Shown here: piece by piece, positions 14,607-26,442 of the stretch
How positions within the stretch are numbered: the first letter of the stretch is position 1
Layout: each line of letters begins with the position of its first letter
Assembly: GCA_010015805.1 (NCBI GenBank)
Contig: ML978124.1
Coordinates: forward strand, 620,001 to 684,000
Source of the DNA: Rhizodiscina lignyota
Taxonomy: Eukaryota
Direction of reading: 5' to 3'
Length of the DNA stretch: 64,000 nt
Translations under genes and position numbers: made by a program
Notes under the pieces: model-generated
What the model saw: the letters and a program-made list of their open reading frames with translations, nothing else
Databases searched by the model: none
What the model was told of the DNA's origin: nothing

Positions 14607-15118
14607 TCAGGAATTTCACCTCTAGACGTTCGAAGATTCGGAAAAGCATCGACTCAAGACCTTCCAGCATATCGACTGACTGTTCAAAATGATGCATATC
14701 CATGGTGCTGCATTTGGCTACAATTGCGTCGCATCTCTACGGAGGAGTTTGCATTTCTAATGCGGGCAGTGGCATTATACTCTACACTGGTTCCTGCCCC
14801 GCTTTACTTTACAGAGTCATGTAGTAGCTTCCTCAGCAGTTGAGAATGAAACAATAATTGCTTACCTTCATCCGTTTCCTTGTTAGTCTTTCAACATTAC
14901 TCCAAGTACAGTCTCTTGTTCCAGAACGGTGCCTCCCAGAACTGTGCCTCAAGGCCATCATTCATACCCCGACGCAGCTTTCATCATATAAGTCTCCTAC
15001 TACTATTCAGAGGCGCCTGGTTAGCAATGTATGTCTCAAGATTTCTTCTCTAGAGTGAGCTACGCTAACAAACCCGAAGTTCGACCTTCTTTCAGCGAGA
15101 CCTCGCCTCGCCACGACG

Positions 15119-16017
15119 ATGCTTGTGTTGAAGGCCTTGTCAACCGCAGTGTTCTGTGGTCTTGCTGCGAATGCTCAGATGGTCAATGATATGCCGAGAG
15201 GTTACACCGCAGGCTGCAACATCCATAGACCCCCAAGCGAAGTCGTGAGCACCTATTCAGACATCCTCGAAAAGCTCAAACAGTCTCTATCCGACTGCTC
15301 CGTCGATCCAAGGGCGTTGTATTGGAATGGGCTGGAACATCCAACATGCCATACATCCGAGTTGGACGCGCAATGGGAATGCTTATGCGATCATGATTTG
15401 GTTAAGCACCTTCATGCGTCAGTCTGAATCCAGAGCTGCAAAATTTCGGGCAGGAATGCTGATGTGATCCCCACAGCTATGAATATTGTTACTCTCGCAT
15501 TTACAGGCGGCTGGTGCGGCGGAAATATCTTTTTCTACTGCCTCCAATGCTCGTTGGGATCCTAGCTGCCCGCCGTTCATTTAATTCCTACCGTTCGGCT
15601 CTTGATTCTTTCCAGGGCCGGTGTTATCCTCCGCCGATACACGGACTAGACTTTACCACATTTCTGAAGACAATCGTGTCTCCAGAAGACGGCAATTCTA
15701 CGGATTTACCAATATTCAACGGGGTGATATTCGCAGTGGGGTGGGTCATTAATGAGACCATCAGCTCGGCATACAACGACAAACTCCCAATCATGAATGG
15801 GGCATCGGAGATTTGGGCGGACATTTCACTTCTTTTTGACTTCTGGTCAAGGCTTGAAGTCTGGATCCTGAACCAGCGCAGTGACAACTCGGATACGCTA
15901 TACTTCCCCTTGCCAAATCAAAGCATTTCAATCCTACATGAGTTGAACCAAATCGGGCTTGATATCAGAAAAGAAACAGTCTTCAAAATCCCACCGTCCA
16001 AGGCCCGGCAAGTCTGA
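15119..16017 (+). CDS. Orphan putative secreted cysteine-containing protein (~280 aa)
   Basis: Signal-peptide-like MLVLKALSTAVFCGLAANA. An intron at 15418-15476 (GTCAGT...GCTGAT...CACAG) joins two ORFs in frame. Confidence 0.6.
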
Positions 16018-16265
16018 TATCACGGAGCGGAGGCCGTCGTTCAGTTCGAGTTGGAGCTCGAGCTCGATCTCAAATTGCCGGGTTTCAACGAAGGGCAGGC
16101 AGTCTACTCGGTAGTGCACAAGGAAGAAAGGCAATCAACTCAGCATTCGTTGTGCACAAGGAGGATTGAGATTACACGAAACTCTGACTTACATTGATAC
16201 TTTCGCACTGCGTTCACTAAATACACCACCAGTCGTTTGTCATTCAAAATGAGATTGTCTTTCTA

Positions 16266-17081
16266 TCACACTGTAACTCCATTGGCCGCAAGAACTTCGT
16301 TCTTCTTTCTTCCTATTAGTCTCAACATCTCTGGCGTCAGCGGAAGCTCGATGTTATAACTCCGGATGGCCTCATTCATCCAGGTATCGGTGTCGCCCTC
16401 TACACCCACCCCCACCATCCACAATTCACTCATACCAACTGCAGACGTCATATTGTCCTCCGCCGTCACTACCACATCCATTTCATGCTTACTTTCCCCT
16501 CTCAAAACGCCCATTCTCCCCCTCACTCGTGCCACGGCTCTCCCGTCCGCATTCCTGCATTCAAACTCTGCAATGCCCAAGTCCAGCTCCAGCGGACTCG
16601 GATTCCAGACCTTTGCAAACACTGCATCGCCCCCATCGTCTGTAGCAAAGAATTCCGTCCGTGGCCCAGCCATGCCAAGGATCTCGCACTTCTTGCTGAA
16701 TTTGAGAGGGAACGATATCCCCATCATCTTCACCGTCCCTTGTCCATTCTCCAGGTTCAGAGTTGCCTTGCTCGCCTTTGTCAGATGCTCCGTAGTCGCA
16801 TGGAACGCGGACATGTCTAATATCTCGATCTTCTGGTCCGAGATACGGATCCGCGTTTCCCTCGGCGTGATGCTGATTTGTGGGAGTTCGAGCTTCGCAT
16901 ATCGCCCTTTTGGACCGACGAGATCAAGAGACATGGCCGAGATTGTAGCGTAGAATGGGCCTGTCCTGTAGACTTGCGCGTCAAGCGTGAATAGGAAGGA
17001 GTCAGCTGTCGAACCCGCTATGCGAACGTGCTTAATGTCGACTTTGGAGAGATTGACAACCGCTTGTATAACGGACTCCAT
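16266..17081 (-). CDS. DUF3712-family protein
   Basis: Likely start MESVIQAVVN...; 'TGPFYATISAMSLDL', 'FSKKCEILGMAGP', 'NPSPLELDLG' resemble fungal DUF3712 proteins as I recall them. Confidence 0.7.
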   Translation of the reverse strand: MESVIQAVVNLSKVDIKHVRIAGSTADSFLFTLDAQVYRTGPFYATISAMSLDLVGPKGRYAKLELPQISITPRETRIRISDQKIEILDMSAFHATTEHLTKASKATLNLENGQGTVKMMGISFPLKFSKKCEILGMAGPRTEFFATDDGGDAVFAKVWNPSPLELDLGIAEFECRNADGRAVARVRGRMGVLRGESKHEMDVVVTAEDNMTSAVGMSELWMVGVGVEGDTDTWMNEAIRSYNIELPLTPEMLRLIGRKKNEVLAANGVTV

Positions 17082-17809
17082 GTTGTTGGACTCGTTGTAG
17101 ATGCCGGTTAACCACCGTATATCGTCCGAGTCGAGGGGTATGAGATATACCAGACTGACAAGAATTCTGGTATCCTCTAAGAGGAAGCAATAAGCAGGTG
17201 CTCGTTGCAGCTCTCCATCAATTGTCTCGAGATTCCGTCGCCCTTCCGCAAGTTCAGGGTGCAAAGCTTACAAGATCAAAGCCAACGAATACCTCTGATC
17301 TTGATATAAATAATTGCAAAGGAGATATCGAAACATCAATTCTCATCCAAGTGCCAGTAGAGGCGTTAAACTTTGATGCACACGAGCACGTCATGAGTCC
17401 GCAAGCGGCCTCCACAATCCATAACTAAGATTTTTGTGAATAATGGGTGGTAGTATACCTCAGGTCTGCGGGTGCACAAGGCATTAAGATACGGAAGATT
17501 TAAATATTATCGCATCGCCGGCTATACGGTTAAGTGCAAGTCCAATCTCTACGGCAAGGTAGAATCAACCTTCGACCGTCAGAAGATAAGGGATTCAAGA
17601 TGCTTGGCAAACACTTGTTTTTTTGGCAACAGCTAACATCTTGCCATAGAACTTAGAATTGGAAACCGAGGTAAGCTATCTATCCCACCAGAAAACTGTA
17701 GTATGATACAGACGCTTGCTACGTCAAGCAGGAAACAGATAGCTTTTCCATTGCCGCAATGCACCAACCCCTGGAAAGCCCCAATATAACAAATATGTAG
17801 CTCCTTGTC

Positions 17810-18602
17810 TTATGCGTAGAACTTTCGCGTTATCTTCGCGAACACTGCAGCACTGTCAGTATCTTATCCATGTATATGGACCGGAGCCGATATGCTCCTG
17901 GTAGCAAAGTGACGAACGTACCATGCAATGCAACAACCGACATGATAAAGCCAATGCTCAGAGCCAGCACAACCATAGGATCGACTTTCAATCCCGGCGA
18001 CTCGTCCGTGTATAGCTCTGTAAAAGAACTCGTCAGCACATACTGATTCCACAATCAACGCAATCCTTCCAGATTTCTCAGTCTTCCCCTTGAGTTTCCA
18101 CATGCGCATTTCTTCATTGCCCCCCTCTACCGTTATATATTCTGCTCCTGTATGCCACAAAATCCAAAGACACGATCACGATGGTGATCGCAATGGACTG
18201 GGGCTCACTTACTCAGCATGGTGCTGCTGCTTCCACCCGCGCCAGCTGCCCTTGTGCTGCTCGGCCTTTGACTGGCAGCTACATCCTTCCTATCGGCCGC
18301 CGCGCGCCTCTTGATCGCCGTCGCAGGACCACCAGGAGGCTTGGGGCTTGATGGGCGAGCGGTCGTAGACCCTGCCGAAGCTGGAGGAGTGTTGACGGGG
18401 GAGGTTGGGCGTGGTGAAGACTAGCAGCTGTAAGCATTTGTTCCAAATAATCAACAAGTAATGCGCCTGGATCAGATTGTATAGAGATTGCGCTGGCAGT
18501 GGTAGTCAAAACCGAGATACAGCGCATAATTATGAATGCGAAAGGTTGGACGTATAACGAATGATGAGAGCGTAGGGGGACGTATTCGGGCGGCCATACC
18601 AT
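17810..18602 (-). CDS. SBH1: Sec61 translocon beta subunit
   Basis: First coding exon is ATG only. Spliced protein ...RAAGAGGSSSTML(K)[42 protein letters not shown]; three introns. Confidence 0.94.
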
Positions 18603-19367
18603 CTTGATAACGCAAGTTGATTCTGAGAGAAAGGAGAATCTAATGAGCGTCTTGCAGCTGTAAGGGTGGTGGATGAGTCGCGGTTGTGAAATTGTTCAGG
18701 AACATTTACGGAGAGGCCACAGGTGCCAGATTGTCGAAGGGATACAGAGCCCGAAGATCAGCCGTCCCCCGCCAAGCCTCCTCCACATCATGATGGGAAA
18801 CGACTTTGTGGATCAACCTCATTCTCAATTCTTCTCGGAGAGGGCATGACAGCGGGCAAATTCCTGGCAGATGGATTATTAATCTTTTCAACACTAGGCT
18901 TTAAGCTCGTCCATATACCCATCTATCAAGTTCGTTATTGCTACTTCTCTTATCCTGCTTGCCAACTTGAGGTCCGGTCAAGCGGGTGACCCGACGATTT
19001 TCGGATCTCGTTAGGAGAACAGAGCAGCAGATGGTAGATGACTAACGACGTCTTGAAAAAGTCGCCGAGCAAGTTATTGTCGAATATTTGAAGATTCGCA
19101 CGCTTGTGTAACTCCTTGGCTTTGGCTCGGAGATAAAGGCGAATTGCAGTTATCCCAGGCTAGCATGACTTCATTGTCTATATCCGATGCCAAGATAACT
19201 TGGCTTTAGGATGGAGTTGTGGTATATAATACTAACTTTTACGCTTGAGTGTCTACTATTTCAGAAGCCATGCAAAGCTGAATCTGTCAGACGACTATTT
19301 CTTTACCTAATCAGCCTTCATAAACTCACTTCGATTTCGTCTTCATTTTCCATCGGGATCTGACAAA

Positions 19368-20282
19368 ATGACTACTCCTGTGTGGCTCATTACCGCTTCA
19401 TCTAGCGGGTTCGGCAAAGCTATTGCTATTGAAGCCCTCGGAAGAGGCCACAACGTGATCGCAACCGCTCGGTCGGTCTCCAAGATAGATGATTTGAGGA
19501 AAGCTGGCGCGGTGACTATGGCGCTGGACGTCACTGACAGCCCGGAAAATCTCAAGAAACTGATTGCGGACGCGTACTCCAAATATGGGCATATCGACTA
19601 CTTGATTAACGCTGCTGGTTACATGCTAGAGGGTGCTGTTGAGGAGGCTAGGTGCGCATCTGCCATCCGTCACCTCAAATCATTATCGCTGACATGACGT
19701 CTCAGCCCAGAGGAAACGTATCAACAGTTTAACGTCAACGTCTTCGGCAATTTGAACGTCACTCGTGCCGTCCTACCTTACATGCGACAACAGAGGTCTG
19801 GCGTTGTCGCCATGTTTGGATCGGCAGGTTCTTACTATGCCGTTCCAAGCGGGGCTCTATACTGTGCGACCAAGTGGGCATGCTCGGCCATTGGTGAAGG
19901 CCTTCGACTGGAGCTGGAGGACTTCGGGATCACAGCCACGGTGATCGAGCCAGGTTACTTCAGAACCGGTTTCTTGAATCAAGGTGCGATGATCGTAACC
20001 AAGGAACGACTTGAAGACTACGAGGAGACCGCGGTAGGAAAGTCCAGGAACCTTTTGAGCAAGGTCGACAATAAGCAACCAGGCAACGTAGTAGAGGGAG
20101 CCAGAGTCACTGTCGATGTTCTCACATCTTCCGGTGTTGCAGAGGGCCAGAAGATCCCTCTGCGTATCGTGCTGGGCTCGGACTGCGAGCAAACAATCCG
20201 TGACAAATTTGCCCAGACAACGGCATATCTCGATGAGTGGAAGGACGTCATTAGGTCAACAGATTATCCAGAAGGACAATAG
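19368..20282 (+). CDS. Classical short-chain dehydrogenase/reductase
   Basis: 'WLITASSSGFG' cofactor motif, 'LINAAG', catalytic YxxxK (YCATK). Intron at ~19652-19706. Confidence 0.92.
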
Positions 20283-20644
20283 CTCCCTCGAACAATAGCA
20301 AACAAATCATATTCATTTCATATTCGACATTAAATTGGAAGTTGAGACGACTGGTTGAAAAGGGGCTCCATGGCCGCGGCTTACGCAATGCTCAGCTGCT
20401 GCCGGGCGAGGATTGTCCTTGCGCCCACGTGGGCTCCAGGATGATACGTGGCGGTGTCGTTTCGAATTTCTTAAATCTCTCATGTACCTACTTTTATGTA
20501 CCAGCCAAATATCACCAAGCACTTCATATTGCACGCTTTGTAGATTAAGCAGGAGTTAAAGCTGCAGCATTCCTTCCTTCCACCTTACCGAATGTGACTA
20601 GCAGGGGCTGACGCAGGCAAGTCGGCACGCGACATCTCAAAAAT

Positions 20645-22322
20645 ATGTCAGGTCCAAAACGGACAAGTTCGCCCTCAAGGAGAATATTTACAGAATACAC
20701 CGACGAGGGATCTGAGCGAGACTCTAGGCTGAGGACCGCAGCCCGTAATTCTACGAGTTCAAGCCGTTCATCCTCTCCGAACGGTCCTCGTCTCAACTCT
20801 CTTCATCCTCCGTCTCAACAGCAGCGCTCACGGCCATCGCGGTACCATCGATCGAACCCTCCTCCTACGAGCCTTCCACAACCTAATCCCGATCGCCGCA
20901 CACCCTCTTATTCCGACAGACCCCTAGCCCACTTCGATGTCAATCGTCTTAAAAGCGATCGGCATCCCCGGCAACATCTCATGTCCTCACATCTTTACAA
21001 CGATGACGACATACCCTCAATTCAGAGACCGCCATTCCAAACCACAGAAAAATCCGACAATACACCTCTCATAGAGTTCGTCACGAACGATTGGAGGAAC
21101 GACCTACCATTAGACTCGGATTCAGACTCCGACTCCGCCTTTTTTGCTCGCGATTCCGAAGACGACTGGCCCCCGCGACTCCCTCAGTGGGTACATAACG
21201 TTAAGCCACCTGTTATCCCACGCAAAGTACAAAGATACCTCGTGCTCTTAATAGTATTGGTCACACTTTCCTGGGCAGGTTTTGTGCGGTGGATAGAGCC
21301 AATGTGGGAGGAGGAGGCGATACTGGACAAGGCGTTTGAGACGGCGATGAGGGCGGCAGACAACGACGCAGCAGCGTTCAATCCAGGCGCGACGTACGGC
21401 TCAAATGTGGAGATTGAACTGGACGGGCTGATTCAGTTGAAGAGCTTGGCCAAGAATCTACTGCCGCACTCTGGACACCACGAGAACAGACTTATTTTCA
21501 TTGGAGATGTCCACGGTTGTAAGACTGAGTGTATGCATACATTCCGCAATGAAATAATTGCACGGATACGATCAAGATTTGCATAGGCTAACAAAGAGCA
21601 CAGTATTAAAACTCCTCGGCAAAGTCAATTTCAATCGCAAGCACGATCATCTCATCTTCACCGGCGATGTGGTCAATAAAGGACCCGATAGTCCCGGCGT
21701 CGTCGACGTCCTACGTGATCTCGGCGCCTCATGTGTACGCGGCAACCACGAAGATAGAGTGCTTCTTGCGTGGCAGGACATCCACTCTCATTCCTCCTCT
21801 CCAATCACAATCACTCCCGAGGAAGACCAGTTGGAGAAGGAACGGTATAGCAAGAGCGAGTACCGAGCGCGCAAGACGGCGCGGCAATTAAGCAAGGAGC
21901 AAGCCCGCTGGCTACAAGAGTGTCCTGTAATATTGAATGTCGGCCATGTGGAGGGAATGGGAGAAATCAATGTCGTTCACGCCGGCCTGGTGCCGGGCGT
22001 GAGGCTGCAGCGGCAGGACCCATTTCAGGTTATGAATATGCGCAGTATGGACCCGGAAACAAGGGTGCCGAGTGAGAATCGCGGCGCTGGCATGCAATGG
22101 GATAAGGTTTGGGAGCATTGGCAAAACAAACTTCCGGAGAAAGAGAGGAGCACGGTTATATATGGGCATGACAGTAAGAGAGGGCTAAACATTGGGCAAT
22201 GGGTGAAAGGCCTCGATTCGGGATGCGTAAACGGTGATCGTTTGACTGCATTGGTTGTTAACGCACGTGGAGACCAAGACATCGTCAGCGTAAAGTGTGC
22301 CGAGGATAATAGAAGTGACTAA
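20645..22322 (+). CDS. Membrane-anchored calcineurin-like metallophosphoesterase (Ppn2/ApaH-like)
   Basis: Disordered N-terminus, one TM helix (YLVLLIVLVTLSWAGF), then GDVHG, GDVVNKG, RGNHE, VHAG, YGH and LDSGC motifs. Intron 21531-21603. Confidence 0.88.
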
Positions 22323-24590
22323 GGTACATTCTGGGTGTATCGATGAAGGTGCTGTACATTTGATAAGCAAGTTGGCACGGTTGGATACCTGGTCAAAAGG
22401 AGTCTGGGCGAAAGAGCTGAGAATTAATCCTTTGGAAGGAGACCACGCAGACTTATATTAATTGATATGTGTACAGATATCACGAACTGTATGAACCCGG
22501 ATAGAAAGGGATATCGGGATATCGGAAACTTGGGATTCTACATTCATTGGTGGTACTGTCGAAATTTCAGGAGACAGGAGTTCCTTACCGTCTAGGTAGC
22601 CAATTGCATTGCCAGTGTATATAATGGCAGCGAGATTTCTCCATAAATATTATGATGCATTGCAGGTGTATATGGTCCATCCTGATGACGGTTAATCATG
22701 CAGTTCTCACTTTTATGATAAGAAACGAGAGCGAAACCATTATCCGCGAGAAGCGCAACGACCAAGCGGTTGAGATGGAGCCTGTTCCGGAGATTTGGCC
22801 AGCGAGATCGGAGTTAGCGCATTGGGCAACGTTGAATGCGCTATGGACGCCTTCTGGACCTCGAAAGTCCATGCATCCTAGACAAGATCAGCCTCTTCTC
22901 TGCTTCTGGAAGCCGCCTTCGCAACGTCCAATGTTCAGGGCGACCAATGCGTTTTCCAGTGCGACCAAAAGCGTGAATTCGCTGTGGTGCCATCCTGTGA
23001 CGGAAGTTTGAACTCGGCCATTTTAGGTGCGCATTTGGCGGTTCACCCAGAGGTTGCGACAAAGCATGTGACACGGGATCATGCATACAATTCAGCAGAG
23101 AACGTGCGCGTTCAGGGAACTTCGCCGGGGCATGCCTGGTGGCCGGCGTGCAACATAAGCTCCTGCTCCACCTCTGTGCCAAGGCCGTATTTTGGCGAAC
23201 CTCTTGGGCGGATATGATGAAAAAGCAGTGCGATGCAGACGAGGATCGAGATCGTGGACTGGCAATATAAAGATGGGTAGAGATAGTTCATCGTGATATG
23301 GTGGCGAGGAGAAGATGCTCTGAGACGTCATTCGGCTCCTCATGCCTCACTTGAATCGCCGCATCGATGTACTACGGTACATCCGCCAATCTTTTGCCTA
23401 TCGTGAGAGTGACATCTGCGGAGGTGATGATGTTTGGAGTGGTGTGAAGGTTGGTGGTGGGATGGCAGGTTGTTAGTGGGCGGGGTTGCATATGCAGATA
23501 TTTTTTGGGACGAAAGCTATTGCGCGCCTGCATGCTGCTGCTCTTGCTTGCCTGCATTGCGCGGAAACTGACGGCATCCAAGCGGCAACACCGTGAAGGG
23601 AAAGCTCGCCGTTTTCGTTGGAGCGCTGCTGTTGCTGGACGTAGAGGGCTTACAGATGTCTCTCGTACTCGAGCTGCTGTTTCGAGAAGTAGCGCCGTGC
23701 GAGGATGGCCGGTTGACACACAGCGAACACACGGCCGAATGGCCGGGGAGCTTTTGGAATATGGCAGTCTGATCCCCACATGAAAAGAGAGACAGCGACA
23801 GAGGAAGGAGGTAGCCGTTGGAGCGAGACGTGCCGACGGTTCGATTTGCTCCTCGCGTGCTCGCAGATGAACCATGGACCGGGATGCTGATTCGATGCCG
23901 GCAGCATAGCCGGGGCCTTGACGATGGGACCCGCAATGATTGAGTGAGGGATGGCAGCTGTCAAGAGAGACATGCTGCAAGAGAGCCGGCGGAGGTTTGT
24001 CTTCCAACGTCATCTGCACACCCGCGTGAGCATGCTGCAGTTAGCTACATGGCGCCGGCCTTGTGGAAATAAGAAGGAGAGAATTGGTCTGCGCTTCAGG
24101 AGCAGACGCAAGAAGACGCACGAAGCATAGCACTGGAGACGTAGGCTTGACTGAGGCCATGGAAGAAAAGGAGCGGCGGCACCGTTTAGCCTTCTTGAAT
24201 CGCAATTGATAGCCGACGGCAGCAAAGGATATTACTCCAGTGCCTCTTGTAGGCGCCAAATTGACATTGCACGATTTTATTGCGGGAAGACCGCCTCTAA
24301 TTTCCGTGCTAGCGTCTTCTGCGTGAGGGTGAAGGGTGAAGGGATCGTGCGCAACCGCACCAAAGAAAACCTCCTCCAGACCTCGACAAACTTCCCCTTC
24401 TCTCTCTCACTCCCACGACCTGCCCAGGTGCCATTGTGCCGTCACGCTCCCTTTCTTCTCTCCCTTACCCGTGAGAGTTGAGTCTCTCTCCCTCTTCTCT
24501 CTCCCATCCTTTCGCAGTGCCGGATCCGCAGCCCGTAGAACGACTGTGATCCTTCCCGCCGCAAAACCTCAATTCGGGTCCTATTCCTCG

Positions 24591-24772
24591 GTAAGCCACC
24601 ATATCTCAACTTTTCACTCCCCGACAATTCTCTAGCTGGCACTGTACCATTCAAATGCCACGTCTTTCGCCACCATCTCCGCACTTCGCGTTGTTAGAAA
24701 GTGCATTGTCGCACATGCATACGCTCGTGGCCAAATCGCGCGAACTCCGCTGACTGTCTACGCCTCCCACAG
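24591..24772 (+). other. 5'-UTR intron of the gene starting at 24869
   Basis: GTAAGC donor, GCTGAC branch at ~24749, CACAG acceptor; lies downstream of CT-rich tracts (24390-24510) typical of fungal transcription starts. Confidence 0.6.
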
Positions 24773-24868
24773 TTCCGCTTCCTTCCCACCTCCGATACCT
24801 CTCGAGGTTGATTTTCGCCCGAGAATACTCCTCTAGAATATTATCCGTCACCCGAGAAATCGCGGAAA

Positions 24869-26442
24869 ATGGCATACTACGGAGAACCTTCTTGGAACGC
24901 CCCTGCGCGACAGGCGTCGTGGGAACAGCAGCAGCAAGCACCTCCATCACGATCAGGTACGTTAAGGCTCTGTTCCATCCTAGTGTTATAGCTGTGAATG
25001 TAAAGCTAACTCCCCTTTTCGTCTTAGGTGCAAACTCTGCTGGTGCACATGAGGATATCATGGCCTTTCACTCCCAAATCGACGGTACGTTCGGACTCAA
25101 AGTAATCCTACATAACACATTCGCCATCTATTCATCCTAATCCATCCCTCGCACGCGCTGGAGCCAACAAAAGTCCTGCATGGGCCATGGCTACTCAACA
25201 TCCGGGAAGAATGCCGCTGACACACTTACAGAAGTCGACCGTGCCATCGATAATCTCGTGAAGAGCGGCAAGTTCCCTTTTGGCATGCCGGGACGACGAG
25301 ACTCGATGCCGGTGATGGGCGCCGCACCACGCAGCGGGTATGTGGAATATGGTATGTTATCCTGTGGAAATCTCTATCCACGGATGACTAACAAGCGATA
25401 GATGCCCGCATGGGAGGCAGTCCACGGCACCACTCCGTAAGCGACTTTGATGGTATGCGTCCCGTGGGCAACGTTCAAGGCTTCTATCAAAACCAACGCT
25501 TTGGCCCACGCGGTGAGACCGACCAAATGATGCAGGCCAAGCGACGGATGGCTGCTCAGCGAGAGCGTGAGCTCCGCAATTATCACCAGGAGCAGCAGTA
25601 CAATCGAAGTGAGTTGCCGAGTTGCATAGATTTTTTGGGCTGAAATTTTACTAATGTTATTAGCAGGCGTTCTTGCGGACATGTCATCCGGCGGCAGCGG
25701 TGCCAAATCGGACCGCTCCATCAGTCCGAACGCAATGAACGAGGACGAACGCCGTGAGCTTATTGCGCGCCAACATCGCGCTCTCTACGGTGATAGTTCA
25801 AGTCTCTATTCTTCCGACCCTAACTCCCGACCAATCAGCCAAGATGCTCGTGTCTCCACTACTCTCGGCGGCCGTGGCGCATCTCCTTTGGCATTTGACC
25901 CCTTCGGCATGCAATCCGGTGGCCCCGGTGACAACTCTGCTGTCCAGATGCCGTCTCGTGATACTGCTCCTGGCGCTGGCAAGGATGCATCCGGTGCACC
26001 AGGCGCCAACAGGTCGAGGGCCAACAGCACCAGCAGCCCTGCGAGCAACCCAACGACCTCTTTCACCTTGTTCGAGAACGCTCAGCAGAGCAGCCGCACC
26101 TCCAACTCGTCCCCGACGAGCGGCAGCCCACCTCGACAAGGCTCGAAGCCTACTGCGTCTGGTGCTGGCGTTGCCCCGATTGGGACTCGTCCAACGGCGC
26201 AGAATTCTGGCCCTAACCAGTCGCTGAACAAGCGCTCAACGACACCACTACCCAGTCCACTGAGCTATGGCTTCAGTGCGAGTGAGCAGAACAACTCGGC
26301 TGCGAATGATCGCTCCACATCCGCAGCGTCCAACCCTTCCTCCGGTGTTGCCGATAAGGGCGTCGGCCTTGGCTGGGGTGGCAACAGCGGGGTTTGGGGA
26401 AACAACAACAAGCTCGGCGTGCAAGCCAGCGTTTGGGGCTAA
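24869..26442 (+). CDS. Low-complexity protein of unknown function (Pezizomycotina-type conserved hypothetical)
   Basis: Five exons splice into MAYYGEPSW...EVDRAIDNLVKSGKF...MAAQRERELRNYHQEQQYNR...EDERRELIARQHRALYG...VQASVWG. Introns at ~24957-25028, 25085-25231, 25352-25401, 25609-25666. Confidence 0.82.

Noticed and set aside
14604..14843. Stop-codon readthrough extension of PRO3 (frame stays open ~80 codons after TGA)
   Set aside because: The context is TGA TCA rather than the TGA CTA readthrough motif, and the extension does not end in a PTS1 tripeptide.
18018..18599. Intronic snoRNAs in the two long Sec61-beta introns
   Set aside because: No well-formed box C/box D pair with a terminal stem and no clear H/ACA architecture.
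23207..23329. Possible C/D snoRNA (ATGATGA ... CTGA)
   Set aside because: Only a weak 4-bp offset terminal stem and no recognisable guide; compatible with chance.
22652..24481. Numerous overlapping 70-215 aa ORFs
   Set aside because: Arg/Ser/Ala-rich translations without motifs or consistent splice signals; more likely GC-rich promoter DNA.
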